From: the human T2T-CHM13v2.0 reference genome, Homo sapiens
Strand: one strand, 5' to 3'
Assembly (NCBI RefSeq): GCF_009914755.1
Contig: NC_060940.1
DNA: 64,000 bases
In this document: one piece after another, positions 38,115-64,000 of the stretch
Numbering within the stretch: the first letter of the stretch is position 1
How the letters are laid out: each line of letters starts with the position of its first letter
Made by a program: the position numbers and the translations under genes
Notes under the pieces: model-generated
The model's database searches: none
Told to the model about the DNA's origin: nothing
The model's input: only the letters and a program-made list of their open reading frames with translations

Positions 38115-38362
<248 letters not shown>

Positions 38363-39068
38363 TAGAGACGGGAATTTCACTATGTTGCTCAGGTTGGTCT
38401 TAAACTCCTGGGTGCAAGCGATCCACTGGCTTCTGCCTGCCAAAGTGCTGGGATTACAGGCGTGACTCACCGCACCCAGCTGGGCAAGTTTCTTAACCTC
38501 TCTGAGCCTCATGTACATAATAGGCATATTAATGGTACCTGTTATGTAGAACCATTATGAGGGTCAAATGAATTAATGCTTGTAAAGGGTGCAGAGAGGC
38601 GCCTGGCATACAGTACTCATTAAGTATCATCTTCCTGATTTCCTTGCAACCACTTAGTGAGGCACTGATATGCCCATTTTCCAGGTGAGAAAAATGAGTC
38701 TCGGAGACCTGTGTTAACTCTTGTGGTCGTCTTTGAACCCAGATCTGCCTGCTGTCATGGTCTTGTTTTAATCACTGCTGAGGAGGGGAGGGGGCACAAC
38801 TGGATGAAGTGATGACATGATGTTTAGGAGACACAGAACTAGGAAGCATCGCAAAGGCCTTCTTTTTCCACTCTCCTCTTCCTTCCCGAATCCATTCCCC
38901 ATGTTAAAAAAGGAAATTTGAAGGCCAGCACAGGTGAACCACTCAGCGAGTAAGAGACTACACCAGAGGTGGAGTTCAGGCCAGGCTGCCTCAGGGCGCA
39001 GAGGGAAATCCAAATGGGTACCTTGTTGTGAGCTGGGGGCCAAGTCCTGACTGTGTTTTCTTGAGCAG

Positions 39069-39128
39069 GGCTTGTTTTCTGTGCTGATGTTGGCCTGGAT
39101 CTTCCTACCCATCTACATTGCTGGTCAG
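39069..39128 (+). CDS. SLC5A11: SLC5A11 coding exon 4 (aa 105-124)
   Basis: ttgagcag|GGC ... CAG|gtgagt; GLFSVLMLAWIFLPIYIAGQ; 60 nt. Confidence 0.97.
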
Positions 39129-39462
39129 GTGAGTCGGGGGACATTGGGATGCTGTAGAATTGAAAGATGCTTTGGGAATCTCAGCCCTGCAGTCCCTCCC
39201 TCATCCCGCCATCCCTCCCTCCTGCCCATGGTCATGTATTCGATTGCCACTCAGAGGCCCCAGTAAAGGGGAGGGATGATCCACAGGTGAGACAATGAGG
39301 AACCCAGTCCATAGCACTTCCTGCCAGTACCCAACATCCAAGGCACACAGAAGGCATTTGGAGGTTGGAAAAAATATGGACCCCAAAATTTTAAATACCA
39401 AAACACAAATGTAAAGCTCACAATCTCTTTTAAATGTTTAAATCACAACATGTTTCTGCTAT

Positions 39463-41417
<1,955 letters not shown>

Positions 41418-42806
41418 TTAAGGGCAGGGATATATGGGTAAGTAACCTCCCTTGGAGGTAATCCCAAAAGTCTGAAAGCAAGACCTTTGGTGAGCAGGGG
41501 GCCTGGGTCTGCTCCTGACCCCTGTGGCTAGCTCCCATGTAGACACAGCATCTGAGGTATAACAACACTGGACTGGAAATGAAGCTCTCCGAGTCAAGGC
41601 ATCAAGAAAGTTATTGAGCACCTACTACAGGAAGGCATATATGATGGTAGAGATGCAGGTGAGTAAATATTTAGGGTTGCCAGACATTCTCACCCGATGG
41701 CTTCCATGTTCTCTGGCAAACAGAAGATGATGTCATCAGCTGAGAGTGAGAAAGGAACTTGCTTTAGGTTGAGAAGATGCAAAGTTTGTTTTTGTTTTGT
41801 TTTGTTTTGTTTGTTTTGAGATGGAGTCTCACTCTGTCACCCAGGCTGCAGTGCAGTGGCACAATCTTGGCTCACTGCAGTCTCCACCTCCCAGGTTCAA
41901 GCAATTCTCTGCCTCAGCCTCCCGAGTAGCTGGGATTACAGGCGCCCACCACCACGCCCAGCTAATTTTTGTATCTTTAGTAGAGACGGGGTTTCACCAT
42001 GTTGGTCAGGCTGGTCTCGAACTCCTGACCTCGTGCGCCTCAGCCTCCCAAAGTGCTGGGATTACAGGCATGAGCCACTGTACCAGCCAGATAGCCAGAT
42101 GCAAAGAACTGAAATGGCTGCAGTAGTTGTTTGTAATAGAAAAACCTGGGAACAACCACCATGTCCATTAATAAGGAACTGGACAGCCGGGGTATACCAT
42201 TTCATGCTGTGACAAGGGATGAAGTCCACAGAGGTATGCTGATCTCCAAGCTATTGTTAAATAAGAAAATAAAATCTCCTAGATCTAGACATCCTTTGGG
42301 CAATATCTTACACTTATACAAAGGAGAGGTTAACCCCATCCTAGATAATAAATGCCAAAGTGTTGAGAAAAGTTCAAAAGCTACCCAATTTGTTTTTATT
42401 AGGACATGAAATAAACATTCAGAAAAGCAATAAGACACACACACACACACACAAAACAAACACAAAAGTGCAGCTTGACAAATTATTGTAAAAGGAACAC
42501 CCACATCAAGACAGAAAACATAATGTCAGCCAGGTGCGGTAGCTCACGCCTGTAATCCCAGCACTTTGGGAGGCTGAGGCAGGCAGATCACTTGAGGTCA
42601 GGAGTTCAAGACCAGCCTGGCCAACATGGTGAAACCCTGTCTCTACTAAAAATACAAAAATTAGCCAGATGTGGTGGCAGGTGCCTGTAGTCCCAGCTAC
42701 TCGGGAGGCTGAAGTGGGAGAATTGCTTGAACCCAGGAGGTGGAGTAAAGTAAGCCAATATCACACTACTTAACTCCTGCCTGGGTGACAGAGTGGGACT
42801 CCGTCA

Positions 42807-42970
42807 GAAGGAAAGGAAAGGAAAGAAGGAAAGGAAAGGAAAGGGGAAAGGGGAAAAGGGAAAGGGAAAGGAGAAGAAGGAAGGAAGAGAGAAAGGAAGG
42901 AATGGAGAGAGGGAGGGAGGAAGGAAGGAAGGAAGGAAGGAAGGAAGGAAGGAAGGAAGGAAGGAAGGAA
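42807..42970. repeat. GA-rich tract ending in (GGAA)13
   Basis: Uninterrupted GGAA from 42919 to 42970 at the tail of an Alu (42528-42806). Confidence 0.95.
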
Positions 42971-43339
42971 ATAAATATAATGTACCCTGCAAGCCTTTAG
43001 AAAATCACAATGCTGGCTGGGCACAGTGGCTCAGGGCCATAATCTCAGCTCTTTGGGAGGCTGTGGTGGGAGGATTGCTTGAAGCCAGGAGTTTGAGACC
43101 AGCCTGGGCAACACAGTGAGACCCCCATCTCTACAAAAATAATTAAAATAAAGAATTAGCTGAGACTGGTGGTGTGCACCTTTAGTCCCAGCTAGTCAGG
43201 AGGCTGAGGCAAGAGGATGGGAGACTGAGGAGGAGGATTGATTGCTTGAACCCAGGAGATCAGGGCTGCAGTGAGCTATGATTGTACCACTGCACTCCAG
43301 CCTGGGTGACACAGCGAGACCCCGTCTCTAAAAAAGAAA

Positions 43340-45135
<1,796 letters not shown>

Positions 45136-45292
45136 CCCTCTCCTCCCTTCTTAAGTATCAGGTTGAGAATCCCAAGAAGACCATCTGTGCTCTGAGTTGC
45201 GGGGGCAGGAGCAGATGGGAAGGGCTTGTGTGGGGGGGTCACGTGCTGGTGGTGAAGTCCGCTGGTGGTGAAATCTCAGCTCTGGCCCTCAG

Positions 45293-45397
45293 GTCACCAC
45301 GATGCCAGAATACCTACGGAAGCGCTTCGGTGGCATCAGAATCCCCATCATCCTGGCTGTACTCTACCTATTTATCTACATCTTCACCAAGATCTCG
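45293..45397 (+). CDS. SLC5A11: SLC5A11 coding exon 5 (aa 125-159)
   Basis: ccctcag|GTC ... TCG|gtaagg; [35 protein letters not shown] with the SSS TMPEYLxxRFG motif; 105 nt. Confidence 0.98.
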
Positions 45398-45484
45398 GTA
45401 AGGCAGGGACACAGCCTGGCCTCACCCATGCAGCATGGGGAGAAGATAAGGCACAGATCATTGCTCAGGAGTGTCTCCTCGCTA

Positions 45485-45933
<449 letters not shown>

Positions 45934-46923
45934 CTACTCCTGCCAAAGCTTCTTTGTCAACATCTCAGGATGATGTGGGTTGATCAATGGGACTCCAAGA
46001 ACCCTGCCAACCCTTGGATAGGACTGTTCTCTTCCTCCTGGAATTAGACAGTGATCAGCTGTTTATCCGATGTGCTGTTGGCTGATTGCGCTGCCCCACC
46101 CTGACCTTTGGATGGGCAGATCTCCTAGGAAGTGGCAAAGAACAGGTGTATTGCAACCTCCAGACATGTGCCCCTCAGCAGAAGCTGTCTTCGCTTCCAG
46201 CCAGGGAGGAGGGAGGAGCTTGTCCTATGGGAAGGGGTGAGGGGGAGCAGAAGGGGTTCCGTTCAATCCAAACAACAATAAGTGAATCTACGCCAGCTCC
46301 AGACTGCAGGACAGACAACACAGGCTCCTTTCTAGAATGTTCACTTGCAGTCTGGTGGGAAGCTGCAGATGTGGGAAGCCTTCTAGGGGAAGTTACATCC
46401 CAGGAGGAACTTACAGTTAGAGAAAGGGGATTGGCCCTCCAGACGGAAGCACCAGCACAGGTGAAATCTGGGAGGCCCAGGTACACGTGACTTGTTGAGA
46501 AACAGAGGGTATTTCAGAGTCTGTGGAGGTCTGGGAGTACGAAGTGAGTATTTAGCCTCATTTATTTAGCCTTTATCTTGGGGGCAATGGGGGAGTCACT
46601 TAAGAGTTTGAGTGGGGAGGAGAAGGGTGATGTGATCATTATGGTATTTAATGAAGGTTGCAGTGTGGAAGATGGAGTGGGAGAGGACCAAAAGCAGAAG
46701 CAGGAAGACCATTGAGGAGGCTGCTGCATCAGCCCAGGGCCCACAGGGCTCCAGCTGAAGACCCCTGATCTGGGATGCAGTGGATTAACAAGGGATGACG
46801 TATGACTCTTCTGTGTTTGTCAGCATCTAGGCTAGGCCCTGATCCCAGGGAACCTGTGCTGCAAATGTCCACTCATTCATTCATTCGTTCATTTGTTCAT
46901 CCATCAACCTCCTTTCTTCACAG

Positions 46924-47029
46924 GTAGACATGTATGCAGGTGCCATCTTCATCCAGCAGTCTTTGCACCTGGATCTGTACCTGGCCATAGCTGGGCTACT
47001 GGCCATCACTGCTGTATACACGGTTGCTG
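46924..47029 (+). CDS. SLC5A11: SLC5A11 coding exon 6 (aa 160-195)
   Basis: cttcacag|GTA ... CTG|gtaaga; [36 protein letters not shown]; 106 nt, ends in phase 1. Confidence 0.98.
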
Positions 47030-47211
47030 GTAAGACTGAACAAAGGGTAACACCTAGCAGAGGCAGTGGGCAGGGGCTGTGGGCCACTCTACCTTCTCCT
47101 TGCCCATCTTCTGATGTTCCATTGTGCTAAGACCCATTTATTCATTAAACGTCACTCCTTTACCCTAGATAAAAAGATTTCTCCTGACCATTATCCAAAG
47201 GAAGGGGGTTA

Positions 47212-47832
<621 letters not shown>

Positions 47833-48537
47833 GATAAAGCATTTTTAAAATGCACCACAATGGCATAATGTTTTTTCCCATTCATGTATCCCAGAACTGT
47901 TTCTTGAGCACCTACTAACTGCTGAGCCATGTGCACTCACAGGCACAATACAAGGCTGGATAATAAACTACTGCAATCCTGGAGCCTGAGGGCAGGTAAC
48001 CTCATCTCTCCGCCTCATACCTGTATCCTAGAAGAGTGCCTGGCACGCAGTAGGGCCTTGAGAAGTACCTGTTTTTAAATATTTATTATCTCATCTTCCA
48101 CTCTATTTTCACCCTTTTCCGCCTCCTCTTGGCTTGATATAACTCATTCCATATATATGTGTGTGTCTGTTTGTGTCTGTGTGTGCCTGTGTGTGCACAG
48201 ACACAAACACACTGGTATCTCTATATTATGTACCTTGTATCTATATATCATGTATTTACATACACAGGTATGTGTATATGGATATACATTTCCTACTGTG
48301 TGCCAGACATCATGCCAGGGAGTGAGGCACAGATGTAAGCAAGACAAATATCTCTACTCCAGAGGAACTTATTGAGGATGGGAGACAATGAACAGGGAAA
48401 TCAATAAATAATGTTAGGCCAGGTGTGGTGGCTCACGTGTGTAATCCCAACACTTTGGGAGGCCGAGGCGGGTGGATCACCTGAGATCAGGAGTTCTAGA
48501 CCAGCCTAGCCAACATGGCAAAACCCGGTCTCTACTA

Positions 48538-48831
<294 letters not shown>

Positions 48832-48869
48832 TCAGCTAAGGCCTCTCTAAGGTGATATCTCAACCAATT

Positions 48870-51300
<2,431 letters not shown>

Positions 51301-51409
51301 TATCTCAACCAAGTTTAAATAACACCCCATGAGCAATGCAGGGGAGGAGAATTCCAGGCTGAGAGAAGGGCTGCAGTAAACACTCTGAGATGAGAACCTG
51401 CTTGAGCAA

Positions 51410-51510
51410 ATGGTTATGTAGGCTGTGCCCTATTCCACTCCAGGGGGTGCCATTCACACCAACCAGAGTGAAAATGGCACCCCGTGGCACTGTGCTAAGC
51501 AGCAACCCGG
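51410..51510. mobile_element. MER91-like palindromic DNA transposon relic
   Basis: Inverted repeat ggggtgccatt...aatggcacccc. Confidence 0.55.
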
Positions 51511-52302
51511 TGGTAAGAGTGGGATTGGAGAAAAGGGCAGGGACCAGAGCTTTGAAGGAAACAAAATGAGCCTTACATTTGTTCTAAGTGCCATGGAATA
51601 CTATTGGATGCTCTAAACAGAAAATTGACAAAATCTAACATATGCAAAGTCCCCTGATACAGAAAGACCTTGGCTGAGTTCTCAGAACTAGCAGAAGCAA
51701 TGTGCCTGGGGCAGGGGAAAAGGGGAGGGCAGGCTGCCATAGCTGATGAATGTTGGTGTTCCTTGTTTGGAGGTCTGTGTCCCCCATTAGACTGTAGACT
51801 CTATGAGGGCAGGGAACATGCCATTTTGTTGGCCTCTGCATCCCTACCACGTAGAACTTGGTGGGGAGCTCACCGGCTATTTGGTGAAAGACTGAACAAA
51901 ATGATCCCCACAGTGCCTGGCATATGAGAGATTCTCATCACTGTTAATATAGAAAGGATGGTGGGGTTAAGTGGTACCCAACACCAGGATCTCACCACAC
52001 TCAGGCTGACTCACTGCATGTGTGAACGGCAGGGAACTGAGGCCAGAATCAAAGCCAGTTCTCCTCCCCTTTGTGAGAGCCCTATTCCTGCTGGGAAGGA
52101 AGGAGGGATCCTGGAGAGCACCTCACCCACGGGCACAGGGTTTTTAAATTGTACAGTGACTGTGCCCTCTAGTAGACATGTTTCTATTGGATAAGTGTCC
52201 CTTCTCCTCAGGGAAGGAGGAAGAACAGAGGTTTAAGGAAGAGACTGGAAAGATTGCTCTTTCCAGATGCTGATGGATTTGCTACCAGGATCATCATTAT
52301 GA

Positions 52303-52686
<384 letters not shown>

Positions 52687-53107
52687 TAGGGGGCCTCTGA
52701 ATACCTAATACTCACATCCTTTATCCAGTCTTAAAAATAAAGGTGTTGGCTGGGTGTAGTTGCTTACACCCGTAATCCCAGCACCTTGGGAGGCCGAGGC
52801 AGGAGGACTGTTTGAAGCCAGGAGTTCGGGCCCACCCTGGGCAACATAGCAAGACTCCATCTCTAGAGAAAAGTTAAAAATTAGCCAGGCATGGTGGCTC
52901 ATGCTTATAGTCCTAGCTACTTGGGGGACTGAGACAGGACAATCACTTGGGCCCAGGAAGTCTAGGCTGCAGTGAGCTATGATCACGCCACTACACTCCA
53001 GCCTGGGTTGACAGAGTGAGACCCTGGCTCTAAAAAATAAATAAATAAATAATAAATAACTAAAGGTGTTCAGAGCTTGGGGACTGTGGCCTAAGCACCA
53101 CTTCCTA

Positions 53108-53605
53108 TATCAGTTGAAAATTGCTGTGTTAAAAAACCACCCACAAATTGAGGGGCTTGAAAAATCAATGGTTTATTATTCCCCACAAGTCCATGGGTTC
53201 CTGGGTGGATATTTGCTAGTCTAACCTGGCTCTGCGAATTATAGTTCGGTGTTAGGTGGAGCAACTGGCTGGAAGAGGATGGCCTCACTCACATGGCTGG
53301 TGTTAGCTTGGGCTGTCGACTGGGCTTCCCCTCCGTGGGGGCCCTCTTCCTTCACTAGGTTAGACCTGGCTTCTTAAAGCAAATGGTCTCAGGGCAACAG
53401 GAGAGTAAGTGCAGAAGCTGCAGGGCTCCTTGAGGCCCATACCACTTCCCCCACATTCTATTGGTCAAAGCAAGTCACGTGGCCAAGCCCATGTGAGAAG
53501 CGGAGAAATCAACTTCACCTCAACGTGAAAGGAGCAGCAAAGTCACATTGCAAAATGGGCGTGCACACAGGGAGGAGTGATCGTGGCCATCTTTGCAATC
53601 AGTCA
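53108..53605 (-). mobile_element. MLT1 (F/G/H-like) LTR just upstream of coding exon 7
   Basis: ttgctgtgttaaaaaaccacc...ccacattctattggtcaaagcaagtcac...gtggccatctttgcaatc. Confidence 0.75.
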
Positions 53606-53715
53606 GCACTAAGAAATCTCCCATCGGGTCCTGGCCTTCCAGGTTCCCTTGGTGACCCAGAGTAACCCCTTCTCGTTAGACTCCCTGACCCTCACCTCCG
53701 TGCTCATCCCACCAG

Positions 53716-53796
53716 GTGGCCTGGCTGCTGTGATCTACACGGATGCCCTGCAGACGCTGATCATGCTTATAGGAGCGCTCACCTTGATGGGCTACA
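53716..53796 (+). CDS. SLC5A11: SLC5A11 coding exon 7 (aa 195-222)
   Basis: cccaccag|GT ... ACA|gtaagt; (G)[26 protein letters not shown](S), the SSS signature GGLxAVxxTD; 81 nt, phase 1-1. Confidence 0.98.
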
Positions 53797-55044
53797 GTAA
53801 GTGGGGTCCCCGGGTCACTGGGGCGGACAACAGCACCTCTCTCCAGCAGGGATATCTGCTCTCCACACTGTGAACGGCAAACCTAGCTGTCAAAGAGCAT
53901 ACTACTGGGGAATTTTTTGTCACAGGTGCTTTGCTTGAGGCACGGTTATTTTAGCTAGAAGAGAAATGTGCTTATTGTGGAAACTTACTGTTTTTGTTTT
54001 TGTTTTTTGTTCTGAGGCAGGATCTTGCTCTGTCAGTCAGGCTGGAGTGCAGTGCTGTGATGATAGCTCACTGCAGCCTTGAGCCCCTGGGCTCAAGTGA
54101 CTCTCTCACCTCAGCCTCCTGAGTAGCTGGGACTACAGACATAGGCCACTATGTCGAGCTAATTGCTTTTTTATTTTGTTTTTTTTTTTTTTGTAGAGAT
54201 AGAGTCTCACTATGTTGCCCAGGCTGATCTCAAACTCCTGGCCTCAAGTGATTCTCCTGCCTCAGCCTCCCCAAGCTGCCCCACCTGGCACTGTTTTTTT
54301 TTTTTCAAGTAAAAATCTCTTTCTATACTAATATGGAAAAATAACTGAATGAATAAATAAAAGAATGTGAAGAGACAGCTTTTCCTTACAGAGGTTTTTG
54401 TTGTTGTTTGTTTGTTTCGAGACAGGGTATCACTCTGCCACCCAGGCTGAAGTGCAGTGACACAGTCTTGGCTCACTGCAACCTCTGCCTCCTGGGCTCA
54501 AGCAATCCTCCCGCCTCAGCCTCCCAAGTAGCTGGGCCCACAGGTGTGCACCACCATCCCCGGCTAATTTTTTTCATTTTTTTAAATAGATGGGGTTTCG
54601 TCATGTTGCCCAGGCTGGTTTCAAACACCTGGGCTCAAGCAATCACCTGCCTCGGCCTCCCAAAGTGCTGAAATTACAGGCGTGAGCCACTGCATCCAGC
54701 CCAGAAGCTTTAAACTCTAGCACTAGCCCACACCTAGACTTTAGCATTTCATTTCAAAATATTCGCCCAATTCTTCGTACCAGCTTGTGTGGTGATCCTG
54801 TCTTTGTTTTGCTGCCAACGGTCATGTCTCTTTGGAGGCTCCTGTGTTTTCTGAGATCTCAGGCCAGTTGGTTGCTCTATGGCCTCAGCTCTCTGATAGG
54901 TTCAGGGGAAGTTATTTTGTAGATTAGCCAACTTCTTATTATTGTTAAGGGGGGGGACACTACTCTCCACAGGTTTCTATCTTTTAGAGGTAAGCCACTC
55001 ATTAAGCCTTAAAGACTACAACAAAGGCCGAGTGTGGTGGCTCA

Positions 55045-58850
<3,806 letters not shown>

Positions 58851-59185
58851 TATGCGGTGGCTCATGCCTGTAATCCTAGAACTTTGGGAGGCTGAGGCAG
58901 GAGAATTGCTTGAGCCTAGGAGTTCGAGACCAGCCTGGGCAACATAGTGAGATCCATCTCTACAAAAAACTTTAAAAGTCACTGGATGTGGTGGTACATG
59001 CCTGTAGTCTTAACTACTCTGGAGGTTGAGGCAGGAGGATAGCTTGAGCCCAGGAGTTCAAGGTTACAGTGAGCTATGATTGTAGCACTACACTCCAGCC
59101 TGGGTGACAGAGTGAGACCCTGTCTCTAAGAACAAAACAAAACAACAAAACCTGAAACCATTATTAGACCTACTACAAGGTCTTA

Positions 59186-59217
<32 letters not shown>

Positions 59218-59629
59218 GAGATGGAGTCTCGCTCTGTCACGCAGGCTGGAATGCAGTGGCGCAATCTTGCCTCACTGCAACCTCTACCTCCAGGAGACGT
59301 TCTCCTGCCTCAACCTCCTGAGCAGCTGGGATTACAGGCACCCACCACCACGCCTGGCTAATTTTTGTATTTTTAGTAGAGACAGGGTTTCACCATGTGG
59401 GCCAGGTTGGTCTCGAACTCCTGACCTCAGGCGATTCGCCTACCTCGGCCTCCCAAAGTGCTAGTATTACAGGTGTGAGCCACTGTGCCTGGCCAGTCTT
59501 ACAATTTAATGGAGCAAATAAATAAATTACTATGTCACATTTTTAATATTTTGATGGTTCAATATATTTGATTTCTTTGCAATCCTATGTATTTTTGCAT
59601 TATTTAGAAGTATTCTTCTGAGAAGCAAT

Positions 59630-59897
59630 TGTAGGAGCGAAGGGAAGACTGGAAATCTCACTGGAAAATCAACCCACAAGAGGCAGATTAATAGAAGAAA
59701 AGGCATACAAATTTATTAGCACACACAGGGGAGAATTACAGAGGGATTTCTCAATATCCTAATGTCATACAGATGTTTCTATACTGCACTTCTTAAGGAA
59801 AAAGGAGATGGACAAGTGTAGATGATTTTAGGGAGGTAGTAAATTATTTTTGGGAGAATTCAATGGGCTTAAATAACATACAATGGCATGGGACAAT
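59630..59897. mobile_element. ERV1 (MER4-group-like) LTR fragment
   Basis: aggcagattaatagaagaaaaggcatacaaatttatt is typical of MER4-group LTRs. Confidence 0.55.
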
Positions 59898-60024
59898 GGC
59901 CAGGAGTATCACTTGAGGTCAGGAGTTCGAGACCAGCCTGGCCAACGTGGTGAAACCCCATCTCTACTAAAAGTACAAAAATTGGCCAGGCATGGTGGCA
60001 CATGCCTGTAATCCCAGCTACTCA

Positions 60025-60123
<99 letters not shown>

Positions 60124-60504
60124 TCATATCAAAAAAAAAAAAAAAAAAAAAAAAAGAAGGAAGGAAAGAAAGGAAGGAAGAAAGAAAGAAAGAAAAAAGA
60201 AACTTGGATAGATACATTCATTACTTTGTGACGGAGTTTTCATGGGTGAATACTTATGTCAAACACCAAATTTTACATTTTACATATTTGTAATTTATGG
60301 TTAGGTCAATTATAGTCCAATAAAACTCTAATATTAATTTTTTTAAGTTAAAAAAATGTGGGGAGGAGGTTAAGAACCCTTAAGGGGATTAACATTTTTG
60401 GTGGCTCTGGTCCTACTAGAATTTCACCAGTCTCCAGCCATCTCCTCATCACTTGCCATGGACCAATCTGAGTTCCCGGAAAATAGGCTTCCTCTGAATT
60501 CTAG

Positions 60505-60710
60505 GTTTCGCCGCGGTTGGTGGGATGGAAGGACTGAAGGAGAAGTACTTCTTGGCCCTGGCTAGCAACCGGAGTGAGAACAGCAGCTGCGGGCTGCCCC
60601 GGGAAGATGCCTTCCATATTTTCCGAGATCCGCTGACATCTGATCTCCCGTGGCCGGGGGTCCTATTTGGAATGTCCATCCCATCCCTCTGGTACTGGTG
60701 CACGGATCAG
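60505..60710 (+). CDS. SLC5A11: SLC5A11 coding exon 8 (aa 222-290)
   Basis: attctag|GT ... CAG|gtacag; (S)[15 protein letters not shown]...[23 protein letters not shown]; 206 nt restores phase 0. Confidence 0.97.
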
Positions 60711-60832
60711 GTACAGGACAGTGGCCTGAGCAAGTTTTTCCTTCTCTTTGCTTCTTTCCTTAGGGTGGCTGAAGTCGGTGCTTTTTTCTTCCTCCATCTC
60801 TTCTCTCATTTGCGTTTTCCCTGCTTCCTTGA

Positions 60833-61162
<330 letters not shown>

Positions 61163-61685
61163 TGACCAGGCTGCTCTCAGACTCCTGAGTTCAAGTGATC
61201 CTCCCGCCTCAGCCTCCCAAAGTGCTGGGATTATAGGTGTGATCCACTGCAGCTGGCCTAATACACTTTGCTTAATGTATGAGAATATCCAGTAAGCAAA
61301 GGAGATGATACCTTTTAAATGGGGGTAAAACTCCTATTGGACATCATTTGTTCAACAAATACACACTGGGTGTCCTCTACGTATCAGGCACTCTTCTGGG
61401 CACTTAAAATCAGGAGCTAATAAATCAAACAAAGCTCTCTGCCCTTGTGGAGCTTCCCTTCTTCTAATGGGAGTAGACGGAGATAATAAGTAAATTATGT
61501 GAGATGTTAAAGTTTGATAAATATCATTTTAAAAAGTAGAGTGAGGTCAAGGAGATTGAGAGTGTGGGAGTGCAATTTAAAATGGGGTGACAGGTGGCTC
61601 ACACACTTTAGGATGCTGAGGCAGGAGGCTCACTTGAGCCCAGGAGTTTGAGACCAACCTGGGCAACATAGTGAGACCATCTCTA

Positions 61686-61904
<219 letters not shown>

Positions 61905-62624
61905 TCAGAAGTGACCTTTGACCAAAGACTTTGTAGAAGAGCGAGAGCTTCCTGTGATTTTTGGAGGAAGAGTTTGCAGCAGAAGGAACACCCAGAGCGA
62001 GGCAGATACATAACTGGTGTGAAAAAAGAAAGGAAAAAAATCAGAAAGCAGATCCATGTGTACAAGAAGTCCTTTTGTGTTAAAAAAAAAAAAAAAGGAG
62101 AATAGAATCAATATTTGCATTTGCTTATATGTCCATAAACTCTGGATGGATGTATACAAAACTAAGAAGAGTGGATACCTGTGGGCAGGGAGGCAGGGCG
62201 GGTGGGAAGGATGAATGAGAGCCGATTTACTGCATGTTATATTTTCTCGGGTTTTAAACTGAGTGAATATATCACGTGTTCAAATATTATTTTTCTGGTA
62301 CATGAAACATCAGAGATCAATGTACCACTTGGGGAGTTATACTGCATAGTGAGGGCTGATGACAGTTTAATTAAAGCAATAATCATGGCATTGGACATTG
62401 ATTTGATGCAGGAGACTTCAGAGAATGAAACCCAGGTCTCATCCATAGGCCAGCCCTCCTTTGAGCGGAGAGCTAAGGACCAAGGCAGTGATGAGAGCAA
62501 TGCACATGTACTGCCCCATTAAGAGAGAGACCCCCTTCTCCTCCTTAGCACATCTCAGGTAGGAGAGACCTTGAGAAACAGGACTGATCCGGGCTAACAT
62601 CATGGGCTTTAAATTTAACAGACC

Positions 62625-63498
<874 letters not shown>

Positions 63499-64000
63499 AG
63501 ATTTCTGAACTTCTGACCTACAGCTCTCTGATCCAGTTTCCACTATCTAATCCTACTCTCATCTATTTCTATTTCGTTGACCTGTTGGAACTTCTTTCTC
63601 TGGTTTCATCTAACAATAGCAGTGATGATGACAATGCCAATAATCACAACTGCTCTCTTTGCTAAAGAGCTGCTAGACACCTGAAAAGCAAGCACAGTTA
63701 TCATCCCCATTTTACAGATGAGAGAGCTGAGCCTGGAAAGGTTAAGGAACTCATCCAAACTCACAAAGAGCTGGTGGGGGGATTCACACCTAAGTCCGTC
63801 TGCACTTTAAATCGCTCCATTGACTCATTGCACCACACCTATTGGATGCTCTCAATTCTGGGAACCCACCCCCAGCTGCATTTCTGTGCAGATGCCTGCT
63901 CCCTGGTCACCATGCTCCACCATGACAGCTCTCCCTCCTCCTTTCCCACCCCAAGGAAGGGAAAATTTATACATGATTAATGTGGAAAAAGCAAGGAAAG

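Overview
Human (or very close primate) genomic DNA, not prokaryotic. The window holds the 5' two-thirds of SLC5A11 (SMIT2/KST1/SGLT6, Na+/myo-inositol cotransporter 2) on the + strand. It has a non-CpG-island promoter with non-coding first exon(s) near 12.9-13.9 kb. Eight coding exons follow (25536-25670, 29510-29581, 36810-36914, 39069-39128, 45293-45397, 46924-47029, 53716-53796, 60505-60710); all have GT-AG boundaries and splice to an open 290-codon N-terminal frame that continues beyond the window. This haplotype encodes Ala at codon 182. The rest is repeat-dense: about 80 Alu pieces by eye, old L1/L2/MIR, MaLR LTRs (THE1, MST, MLT1), hAT DNA transposons and long simple repeats. Almost all ORFs in the supplied track are Alu or simple-repeat artefacts. 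The most unusual structure is an intron-1 module at about 19.2-21.1 kb: a 12-copy, 64-bp minisatellite built from an L2 3' end with nine sense-strand AATAAA hexamers, a duplicated KLF+TonE(NFAT5)-like element upstream, and a GC-rich island downstream. A near-consensus ChoRE palindrome sits beside a MIR-derived splice donor at about 13.9 kb. All regulatory roles are hypotheses; I see no demonstrable novel system. Repeat subfamily names and reference-protein comparisons are from recall, not database searches.
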